DNA from: Macrostomum lignano | Lineage: Eukaryota | Assembly (NCBI GenBank): GCA_002269645.1 | Contig: NIVC01000154.1 | Span: forward strand, 1 to 64,000 | Reading direction: 5' to 3' | Length of the DNA: 64,000 nucleotides | Part shown: positions 23,865 to 35,402 of the stretch, one piece after another | How positions within the stretch are numbered: the first letter of the stretch is position 1 | Layout of the letters: every line of letters begins with the position of its first letter | The notes under the pieces: generated by a model | Seen by the model: only the letters and a program-made list of their open reading frames with translations | Told to the model about the DNA's origin: nothing | Database searches by the model: none | Position numbers and translations under genes: made by a program

Positions 23865-25235
23865 GGCTCACCCCTGGATACTATCACAATGTATGGCGCC
23901 ACCCAGACCGCTATGTACCGCGCCACAATAGCTATACATTTCCTTCCCCTAACTATAATTTCGACATGCATTTCCAAGGCGGAAGGTGTACAGGACACTC
24001 AGGAAAATTAGAATAGACGATTGACTTAAGCGATGTCTCAAGAATTGTGTTTTTGGTGTTTTTAACAACTGTAAAATGAGCAACTGCACAAAAAGAACCA
24101 TTAACTATATCTAAGGTAAAACTACTTCAAAGAGACTCAATTGAATTACCTCATTTTAATAATATAAGTACCTTCACTAACATAGTCTAGTCACATCACA
24201 ATGTCTTATAAAGTTATGGTCTATAATAATTAAAATAACGTCTTAACCATTCTACAGAATTTTATAGTAGTGGACATTGTTAGACGCGATACGCAAGCGA
24301 GATTAAAGCCGACAACAGTCTGAGCCTCACTGTCTGGCCTCTGAACTCAATAGAAAAAAAACTAATAATACAGCCATTGTTGTGGGCCTGAGGTCGTCCA
24401 CTCGTCCGTTGTCGACCTTTCTTCATTCTAATTGTATATACATTATAATCCCCACAGTCCGCCCCACCCCGTGCCGGCAGCTCGGCGAGTGACTGACAAG
24501 CTGCGGTCACTCATGGTCTGTGATGATGGAGGATGCTAGGTGTGTCCTGAGCGACGAATCCCCAGACGACACGATGATGATGAGAGAAAGGAGTTGAACA
24601 AGCAATAGAAAGAGAAAGGTTTATAATTATTATAAGAGCTGCATTGCATGCGCAGAAATCTTGTGCTAGAGTTGTTGTTGTTGGCCACAAAAGGTGTGGC
24701 GGTTGACAATAGAAGAAAGCAAGGCTTTGACGAAAGAAAGGTAAGAAAGTCTCAAAGCCTGCAGCTAATGCTCCAGGTATATCTGAGGTGGCTGCGGCTT
24801 GAGAGGGAATATTATAACACGCATCTAATGCCTTCGCCGTGTCCCGTGGTGGCAGTTCAACCGACCTACCTTATCCGACCCTCGATCCACCTGACTCCCT
24901 GCATCGTTCCCGCATGCTGCTTCATCCGATTGAGCTCTGAGAGAGTCTGAGATTTTTAAAAAAGAGATCGACCAACCCCGCCCCCTCGCCGTCAAGATTG
25001 CATTCATTTGGCGCAGGGCTCATTGTCTGGCTGCCTGCACAGCCTCTCTCCCTTTTATTTTGCGTCTTTTGTTACTGAGTGAGAGTTAGAGAGTTGACAT
25101 GCCGATGAAGTGGCTGTAGGGCTTATGATGATGATGGCGCCGCCCATTATTAATTGTGTGTGCTGTGTGTGTGCGTGTAATTATGCGCTGACACTGGCTT
25201 GGGCCCGCCTCTCTTCCCGCCCAGATATAGGCCTG

Positions 25236-25244
25236 TATATATAA
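25236..25244. promoter_or_regulatory. TATA-like element upstream of SoxD, possibly bidirectional
   Basis: TATATATAA preceded by GC-box-like CCCGCC motifs; strong donors face outward on both strands (24869 minus, 25360 plus). Confidence 0.3.
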
Positions 25245-26857
25245 GGATTTTCAATAGACTTTCAATATCAGGTCCTCCCCTCTTTGTTGTTGCAGAAAAG
25301 TGGGGATTTAGTGAAGAAAGGTCGAGAGAACGAGAGTTTCTCGAGGCGACAGCCGGCAGGTATGTAGGCTATATGTGATGCGGTTTTCCGAAAAAGTGTC
25401 CAATTCAAACGTTGATTTACTGAAAATAAAAATAATTAACAGGTTAACAAAGCCACTTTTGTTTAATTGGCTATTTTAAAAAAACTATTTTCCGGCTTTG
25501 GTTCGAATTTCAAATTAGCATGGACTATTGGACCTTTAGATCGCAGAGGCTTTCCCGAATTTCCAGGAACCGAACTAAAGAAACCCTACCGCCGGCGGGT
25601 AGCAACTACAAAAATTTGCTTTATCGCAGATCAGATTGTTACTCGTACTCACCCCTGTTGTTTAGTCTCGGCTCGAGGTCCGGAGCAGGCGGCACAATAC
25701 AGTACACTCGAAAATATATATTGCACACAGCAATCAAAGTCGAATATTGATTGGGTATAATTCCTCTTGGAAAATGTCTTTGAATTATACTCACTTTGCC
25801 TATCGATTACTGTCCACAGACGTGGGCTAGAAGATTCCAAGCCAGAAATTTTATTGTTCAAATAAAAGAAAATAACACTTTTTAGTCGAATTTTGCCCGG
25901 TGAATAAAAAATAGACTTGGGCTTGCGGCCTTTTGGTGGTTGTTCGCCTAGAAAGTGAGAGTAGAGAGAAGAAAAATAAAAAGAAACAATTCTATTCTGG
26001 TCTAGGACTGACTCACTAAGAAAAGAGAAAATGGAATGTGTTCTAGCCAGAAGAAAGAAAAACCTGTTTTGCCTTGTTCAAAATAGCTCACGCAACTGTT
26101 GTATTCGGTTCTGTCTGTATCGTTCGCTCGCTCGTTCGCTCTTTTTAGTCTTGCTGCCCCTCCCCCAAAGTCTGAACAGGCTTCGCTCGGGGTGGCAAAA
26201 TGCACAATAAACAATTGGTTGGAAGGAAGAGGGCGCTCGCTTTAGCGGAGAGAAGAGTGCCATTAAGCTACACAAGGCTAAGGCTTATACAGCGACACCC
26301 AGCCGCAGTGAGGCCTTTACAATTGTATTCAACCTGACCCCCTCATCCTAATGTGGCGCACAAAATGTTCTCCCCCTCCATTATAAGAGACTATATGAAC
26401 TGGTTGGGGGGGACGGGGGGTTGTGGATTGGCGCACCAGACTAAGGCCATAAAACGAGCCAAAGTAAAGAGTGGAGAAAGGCTACAAGTACACCCACCCC
26501 AAAGTTGGCGCGCGGGCCCCTTCTATTCTGTCCTTATCAGTGGGGGCGTTTGGATGACGCAGAATGTAGAAATGACACAATCGAATATATCCTCTAAGTA
26601 ACTAAAAATGACGCGCAAAAAATTACCGTTTCAAAAAAGGATATATTCTAAATATACCCCATATAAAAAATGACGAAACTTAAACCAATAAAACAACACA
26701 AGATTTTCCCTATCCCAACAAAAATAAAGCTAAAATCAGATACACTACTTTAAGGAGAAAAACAAAGACACATATTAGACTTCAAGAGACAAAACTACAA
26801 TCCTTCGAAAAACTATTTGAAGTTATAGTTATTCAAATAACTATGTAAATAACAATA

Positions 26858-29800
26858 TTTGCACCTGCGTATATCAGCCCCATTGAGTGTCATTTCTAAG
26901 CTCTCCATTTAATTCTATATATTGACAGCGACAGGGCTAGTTAGAGATGCTGAGAGTAGCGGGCTCTGCGTCATCTTTGCACCTGTGTATATCAGCCCCA
27001 TTGAGTGTCATTTCTAAGCTCTCCATTTAATTCTATATATTGACAGCGACAGGGCTAGTTAGAGATGCTGAGAGTAGCGGGCTCTGCGTCATCTTTGCAC
27101 CTGTGTATATCAGCCCCATTGAGTGTCATTTCTAAGCTCTCCATTTAATTCTATATATTGACAGCGACAGGGCTAGTTAGAGATGCTGAGTGTAGCGGGC
27201 TCTGCGTCATCTTTGCACCTGTGTATATCAGCCCCATTGAGTGTCATTTCTAAGCTCTCCATTTAATTCTATATATTGACAGCGACAGGGCTAGTTAGAG
27301 ATGCTGAGTGTAGCGGGCTCTGCGTCATCTTTGCACCTGTGTATATCAGCCCCATTGAGTGTCATTTCTAAGCTCTCCATTTAATTCTATATATTGACAG
27401 CGACAGGGCTAGTTAGAGATGCTGAGAGTAGCGGGCTCTGCGTCATCTTTGCACCTGTGTATATCAGCCCCATTGAGTGTCATTTCTAAGCTCTCCATTT
27501 AATTCTATATATTGACAGCGACAGGGCTAGTTAGAGATGCTGAGAGTAGCGGGCTCTGCGTCATCTTTGCACCTGTGTATATCAGCCCCATTGAGTGTCA
27601 TTTCTAAGCTCTCCATTTAATTCTATATATTGACAGCGACAGGGCTAGTTAGAGATGCTGAGAGTAGCGGGCTCTGCGTCATCTTTGCACCTGTGTATAT
27701 CAGCCCCATTGAGTGTCATTTCTAAGCTCTCCATTTAATTCTATATATTGACAGCGACAGGGCTAGTTAGAGATGCTGAGAGTAGCGGGCTCTGCGTCAT
27801 CTTTGCACCTGTGTATATCAGCCCCATTGAGTGTCATTTCTAAGCTCTCCATTTAATTCTATATATTGACAGCGACAGGGCTAGTTAGAGATGCTGAGAG
27901 TAGCGGGCTCTGCGTCATCTTTGCACCTGTGTATATCAGCCCCATTGAGTGTCATTTCTAAGCTCTCCATTTAATTCTATATATTGACAGCGACAGGGCT
28001 AGTTAGAGATGCTGAGAGTAGCGGGCTCTGCGTCATCTTTGCACCTGTGTATATCAGCCCCATTGAGTGTCATTTCTAAGCTCTCCATTTAATTCTATAT
28101 ATTGACAGCGACAGGGCTAGTTAGAGATGCTGAGAGTAGCGGGCTCTGCGTCATCTTTGCACCTGTGTATATCAGCCCCATTGAGTGTCATTTCTAAGCT
28201 CTCCATTTAATTCTATATATTGACAGCGACAGGGCTAGTTAGAGATGCTGAGAGTAGCGGGCTCTGCGTCATCTTTGCACCTGTGTATATCAGCCCCATT
28301 GAGTGTCATTTCTAAGCTCTCCATTTAATTCTATATATTGACAGCGACAGGGCTAGTTAGAGATGCTGAGAGTAGCGGGCTCTGCGTCATCTTTGCACCT
28401 GTGTATATCAGCCCCATTGAGTGTCATTTCTAAGCTCTCCATTTAATTCTATATATTGACAGCGACAGGGCTAGTTAGAGATGCTGAGAGTAGCGGGCTC
28501 TGCGTCATCTTTGCACCTGTGTATATCAGCCCCATTGAGTGTCATTTCTAAGCTCTCCATTTAATTCTATATATTGACAGCGACAGGGCTAGTTAGAGAT
28601 GCTGAGAGTAGCGGGCTCTGCGTCATCTTTGCACCTGTGTATATCAGCCCCATTGAGTGTCATTTCTAAGCTCTCCATTTAATTCTATATATTGACAGCG
28701 ACAGGGCTAGTTAGAGATGCTGAGAGTAGCGGGCTCTGCGTCATCTTTGCACCTGTGTATATCAGCCCCATTGAGTGTCATTTCTAAGCTCTCCATTTAA
28801 TTCTATATATTGACAGCGACAGGGCTAGTTAGAGATGCTGAGAGTAGCGGGCTCTGCGTCATCTTTGCACCTGTGTATATCAGCCCCATTGAGTGTCATT
28901 TCTAAGCTCTCCATTTAATTCTATATATTGACAGCGACAGGGCTAGTTAGAGATGCTGAGAGTAGCGGGCTCTGCGTCATCTTTGCACCTGTGTATATCA
29001 GCCCCATTGAGTGTCATTTCTAAGCTCTCCATTTAATTCTATATATTGACAGCGACAGGGCTAGTTAGAGATGCTGAGAGTAGCGGGCTCTGCGTCATCT
29101 TTGCACCTGTGTATATCAGCCCCATTGAGTGTCATTTCTAAGCTCTCCATTTAATTCTATATATTGACAGCGACAGGGCTAGTTAGAGATGCTGAGAGTA
29201 GCGGGCTCTGCGTCATCTTTGCACCTGTGTATATCAGCCCCATTGAGTGTCATTTCTAAGCTCTCCATTTAATTCTATATATTGACAGCGACAGGGCTAG
29301 TTAGAGATGCTGAGAGTAGCGGGCTCTGCGTCATCTTTGCACCTGTGTATATCAGCCCCATTGAGTGTCATTTCTAAGCTCTCCATTTAATTCTATATAT
29401 TGACAGCGACAGGGCTAGTTAGAGATGCTGAGAGTAGCGGGCTCTGCGTCATCTTTGCACCTGTGTATATCAGCCCCATTGAGTGTCATTTCTAAGCTCT
29501 CCATTTAATTCTATATATTGACAGCGACAGGGCTAGTTAGAGATGCTGAGAGTAGCGGGCTCTGCGTCATCTTTGCACCTGTGTATATCAGCCCCATTGA
29601 GTGTCATTTCTAAGCTCTCCATTTAATTCTATATATTGACAGCGACAGGGCTAGTTAGAGATGCTGAGAGTAGCGGGCTCTGCGTCATCTTTGCACCTGT
29701 GTATATCAGCCCCATTGAGTGTCATTTCTAAGCTCTCCATTTAATTCTATATATTGACAGCGACAGGGCTAGTTAGAGATGCTGAGAGTAGCGGGCTCTG

Positions 29801-32800
29801 CGTCATCTTTGCACCTGTGTATATCAGCCCCATTGAGTGTCATTTCTAAGCTCTCCATTTAATTCTATATATTGACAGCGACAGGGCTAGTTAGAGATGC
29901 TGAGAGTAGCGGGCTCTGCGTCATCTTTGCACCTGTGTATATCAGCCCCATTGAGTGTCATTTCTAAGCTCTCCATTTAATTCTATATATTGACAGCGAC
30001 AGGGCTAGTTAGAGATGCTGAGAGTAGCGGGCTCTGCGTCATCTTTGCACCTGTGTATATCAGCCCCATTGAGTGTCATTTCTAAGCTCTCCATTTAATT
30101 CTATATATTGACAGCGACAGGGCTAGTTAGAGATGCTGAGAGTAGCGGGCTCTGCGTCATCTTTGCACCTGTGTATATCAGCCCCATTGAGTGTCATTTC
30201 TAAGCTCTCCATTTAATTCTATATATTGACAGCGACAGGGCTAGTTAGAGATGCTGAGAGTAGCGGGCTCTGCGTCATCTTTGCACCTGTGTATATCAGC
30301 CCCATTGAGTGTCATTTCTAAGCTCTCCATTTAATTCTATATATTGACAGCGACAGGGCTAGTTAGAGATGCTGAGAGTAGCGGGCTCTGCGTCATCTTT
30401 GCACCTGTGTATATCAGCCCCATTGAGTGTCATTTCTAAGCTCTCCATTTAATTCTATATATTGACAGCGACAGGGCTAGTTAGAGATGCTGAGAGTAGC
30501 GGGCTCTGCGTCATCTTTGCACCTGTGTATATCAGCCCCATTGAGTGTCATTTCTAAGCTCTCCATTTAATTCTATATATTGACAGCGACAGGGCTAGTT
30601 AGAGATGCTGAGAGTAGCGGGCTCTGCGTCATCTTTGCACCTGTGTATATCAGCCCCATTGAGTGTCATTTCTAAGCTCTCCATTTAATTCTATATATTG
30701 ACAGCGACAGGGCTAGTTAGAGATGCTGAGAGTAGCGGGCTCTGCGTCATCTTTGCACCTGTGTATATCAGCCCCATTGAGTGTCATTTCTAAGCTCTCC
30801 ATTTAATTCTATATATTGACAGCGACAGGGCTAGTTAGAGATGCTGAGAGTAGCGGGCTCTGCGTCATCTTTGCACCTGTGTATATCAGCCCCATTGAGT
30901 GTCATTTCTAAGCTCTCCATTTAATTCTATATATTGACAGCGACAGGGCTAGTTAGAGATGCTGAGAGTAGCGGGCTCTGCGTCATCTTTGCACCTGTGT
31001 ATATCAGCCCCATTGAGTGTCATTTCTAAGCTCTCCATTTAATTCTATATATTGACAGCGACAGGGCTAGTTAGAGATGCTGAGAGTAGCGGGCTCTGCG
31101 TCATCTTTGCACCTGTGTATATCAGCCCCATTGAGTGTCATTTCTAAGCTCTCCATTTAATTCTATATATTGACAGCGACAGGGCTAGTTAGAGATGCTG
31201 AGAGTAGCGGGCTCTGCGTCATCTTTGCACCTGTGTATATCAGCCCCATTGAGTGTCATTTCTAAGCTCTCCATTTAATTCTATATATTGACAGCGACAG
31301 GGCTAGTTAGAGATGCTGAGAGTAGCGGGCTCTGCGTCATCTTTGCACCTGTGTATATCAGCCCCATTGAGTGTCATTTCTAAGCTCTCCATTTAATTCT
31401 ATATATTGACAGCGACAGGGCTAGTTAGAGATGCTGAGAGTAGCGGGCTCTGCGTCATCTTTGCACCTGTGTATATCAGCCCCATTGAGTGTCATTTCTA
31501 AGCTCTCCATTTAATTCTATATATTGACAGCGACAGGGCTAGTTAGAGATGCTGAGAGTAGCGGGCTCTGCGTCATCTTTGCACCTGTGTATATCAGCCC
31601 CATTGAGTGTCATTTCTAAGCTCTCCATTTAATTCTATATATTGACAGCGACAGGGCTAGTTAGAGATGCTGAGAGTAGCGGGCTCTGCGTCATCTTTGC
31701 ACCTGTGTATATCAGCCCCATTGAGTGTCATTTCTAAGCTCTCCATTTAATTCTATATATTGACAGCGACAGGGCTAGTTAGAGATGCTGAGAGTAGCGG
31801 GCTCTGCGTCATCTTTGCACCTGTGTATATCAGCCCCATTGAGTGTCATTTCTAAGCTCTCCATTTAATTCTATATATTGACAGCGACAGGGCTAGTTAG
31901 AGATGCTGAGAGTAGCGGGCTCTGCGTCATCTTTGCACCTGTGTATATCAGCCCCATTGAGTGTCATTTCTAAGCTCTCCATTTAATTCTATATATTGAC
32001 AGCGACAGGGCTAGTTAGAGATGCTGAGAGTAGCGGGCTCTGCGTCATCTTTGCACCTGTGTATATCAGCCCCATTGAGTGTCATTTCTAAGCTCTCCAT
32101 TTAATTCTATATATTGACAGCGACAGGGCTAGTTAGAGATGCTGAGAGTAGCGGGCTCTGCGTCATCTTTGCACCTGTGTATATCAGCCCCATTGAGTGT
32201 CATTTCTAAGCTCTCCATTTAATTCTATATATTGACAGCGACAGGGCTAGTTAGAGATGCTGAGAGTAGCGGGCTCTGCGTCATCTTTGCACCTGTGTAT
32301 ATCAGCCCCATTGAGTGTCATTTCTAAGCTCTCCATTTAATTCTATATATTGACAGCGACAGGGCTAGTTAGAGATGCTGAGAGTAGCGGGCTCTGCGTC
32401 ATCTTTGCACCTGTGTATATCAGCCCCATTGAGTGTCATTTCTAAGCTCTCCATTTAATTCTATATATTGACAGCGACAGGGCTAGTTAGAGATGCTGAG
32501 AGTAGCGGGCTCTGCGTCATCTTTGCACCTGTGTATATCAGCCCCATTGAGTGTCATTTCTAAGCTCTCCATTTAATTCTATATATTGACAGCGACAGGG
32601 CTAGTTAGAGATGCTGAGAGTAGCGGGCTCTGCGTCATCTTTGCACCTGTGTATATCAGCCCCATTGAGTGTCATTTCTAAGCTCTCCATTTAATTCTAT
32701 ATATTGACAGCGACAGGGCTAGTTAGAGATGCTGAGAGTAGCGGGCTCTGCGTCATCTTTGCACCTGTGTATATCAGCCCCATTGAGTGTCATTTCTAAG

Positions 32801-32948
32801 CTCTCCATTTAATTCTATATATTGACAGCGACAGGGCTAGTTAGAGATGCTGAGAGTAGCGGGCTCTGCGTCATCTTTGCACCTGTGTATATCAGCCCCA
32901 TTGAGTGTCATTTCTAAGCTCTCCATTTAATTCTATATATTGACAGCG
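26858..32948. repeat. 118-bp satellite, about 51.6 nearly identical head-to-tail copies
   Basis: Period 118 measured (26861, 26979, 27097); monomer TTGCACCTGTGTATATCAGCCCCATTGAGTGTCATTTCTAAGCTCTCC...GCTCTGCGTCATCT. Confidence 0.99.
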
Positions 32949-34251
32949 CCGCTATAGTTTAAATCCATGTTTGAATTTACTGCGCTCGTACATTTTAACT
33001 TATACTTGATATTGACAGGTTAGCTCAGAAATATTTCGCCAGCTTCTTTAGTAATGGCTTTTTATCAAAATACAATTGGGCTTTGCTTTTACTTTTGGTT
33101 TGGTCACCTGCTGTGAGCGTTCCACTTTTTATCTATATATTGTTTTGTATTATGCACAGCGGTTTGTTTGGAGGTGTGTTTCGCGCTTTTCTCGATCTTT
33201 CCACTGTAGCTGGATTTTGAGTAAAGATAAGAATCGCAGTTCTCACGATTGCTTTAAAGCAAATACGTGCTCTGGGTATGCTCAAGATTGCGCAATGCTC
33301 GGTGACAGTGATGGGTGGTTCATGGTGGAAGACACCTATCTAAGCAAATTTGTTGCACCAAACTTATGATTGCGCCATTATCGTAAAGAATAGTGTCAAG
33401 CAGTTCCAAATATGTAAAATTGTAAACTTTATTTAGTCACCAAAGAGAAATTTTATCTACTCTTTGATTTGTTGATGACTGACTTCATCCTAATTTTTGA
33501 GCATATACGTCTTTTTCTTGCATATTTAATCTATTTCTCGAATTTCTATTTTGCATCATTCATTTAATTCCTATCCAATTCATTGTGTGTCATTTATTTG
33601 TTATCCACTGCCCACTGTATATTGACAGCAGCGGATCTCACAGAGCTACTCAATGAATTGAAAATGCAGAAATAACTGAGTATTCGAAACCCAAACTGGA
33701 TTAGGGTCGATCAGTGAGTCTGGCTGTGAGGCTGTGAATGAGGCAGTGAATGAGGCTGTGAATGAGGCTGTGAATGTGAGTGGGGCATATTGTACCTAAT
33801 GTATGTTTCATGCTGGTTAATGCGCATGTTTCATTTTGAATCAAAGTAATTTGGTGTCAAAATGAGTCACTACTGAAATGAAGCAGTCCACCCCTTCGAG
33901 TCTAAAAGCATAGTGGATTTGACACGTACTATGAACGTGAAATATTTTGACCACCCCATTCCGAACCAATGAAAATTAGAGTGAACTTGTTGATGTCAAA
34001 CTGCCGCTTCATATAAAATGGGACTTCAGTTGGCCTTTCAAAAAGCCAGATTTCTATTTGTCAATTAATTTCATTTTTTCAATAAATTAACCCAAATGTC
34101 CAAACAATTGGAGTTCATAAAACAGCTGATAAGCCGCAAAGGCAAATGCTATGACGTCGCTAAGCGGCAAAAGTCGTTTGAGAAAGAGCTCGCCGCGTCT
34201 GATCGATTCCAGTTAATGGTAAGTGAAGGTGAAGAGCAATATTTTTACCAA

Positions 34252-35272
34252 TAACTGCCCTGTCTCTACCATTCTACCCTGTCTCTACCATTCTGCCCTG
34301 TCTCTACCATTCTACCCTTTCTCTACCATTCTGCCCTGTCTCTACCATTCTACCCTGTCTCTACCATTCTGCCCTGTCTCTACCATTCTACCCTGTCTCT
34401 ACCATTCTGCCCTGTCTCTACCATTCTACCCTGTCTCTACCATTCTGCCCTGTCTCTACCATTCTGCCCTTTCTCTACCATTCTGCCCTGTCTCTACCAT
34501 TCTGCCCTGTCTCTACCATTCTGCCCTGTCTCTACCATTCTGCCCTGTCTCTACCATTCTGCCCTGTCTCTACCATACTGCCCTGTCTCTACCATTCTGC
34601 CCTTTCTCTACCATTCTGCCCTGTCTCTACCATTCTGCCCTGTCTCTACCATTCTGCCCTGTCTCTACCATTCTGCCCTGTCTCTACCATTCTGCCCTGT
34701 CTCTACCATTCTGCCCTGTCTCTACCATTCTGCCCTGTCTCTACCATACTGCCCTGTCTCTACCATTCTGCCCTTTCTCTACCATTCTGCCCTGTCTCTA
34801 CCATTCTGCCCTGTCTCTACCATTCTGCCCTGTCTCTACCATTCTGCCCTGTCTCTACCATTCTGCCCTGTCTCTACCATTCTGCCCTGTCTCTACCATT
34901 CTGCCCTGTTTCTACCATACTGCCCTGTCTCTACCATTCTGCCCTGTCTCTACCATTCTGCCCTTTCTCTACCATTCTGCCCTGTCTCTACCATTCTGCC
35001 CTGTCTCTACCATTCTGCCCTGTCTCTACCATTCTGCCCTGTCTCTACCATTCTGCCCTTTCTCTACCAATAACTGCCCTGTCTCTACCATTCTGCCCTG
35101 TCTCTACCAATAACTGCCCTGTCTCTACCATTCTGCCCTATCTCTACCATTCTGCCCTGTCTCTACCATTCTGCCCTGTCTCTACCATTCTGCCCTGTCT
35201 CTACCATTCTGCCCTGTCTCTACCAATAACTGCCCTGTCTCTACCATTCTGCCCTGTCTCTACCAATAACTG
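34252..35272. repeat. 19-bp minisatellite (CTGCCCTGTCTCTACCATT), about 53 copies
   Basis: Period 19. Confidence 0.98.
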
Positions 35273-35288
35273 CAATTTCTCTACTCAG

Positions 35289-35402
35289 ACCGATGCGTCA
35301 CAGCCCGGATCAGCTGAGCAGCCGCCCACCGCAGCCCAGCAGCCGCCCGGCCCAGCTGAGCGGCCCAAGTCGCATGCCGGCAGGAGTACATTTGCCCATT
35401 CG
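35289..35402 (+). CDS. Orphan phase 0-0 exon-like segment (TDASQPGSAEQPPTAAQQPPGPAERPKSHAGRSTFAHS), parent gene unknown
   Basis: GC-rich island in AT-rich/repeat DNA; tttctctactcag| acceptor, 114 nt open frame, TCG|gtgact donor; composition like the genuine exons here. Confidence 0.4.

Noticed and set aside
26858-32948. CRISPR-like regular array
   Set aside because: Monomers are identical end to end with no unique spacers, no cas genes are present, and the context is eukaryotic.
34223-35113. 296-aa ORF
   Set aside because: Translation of the 19-bp minisatellite.
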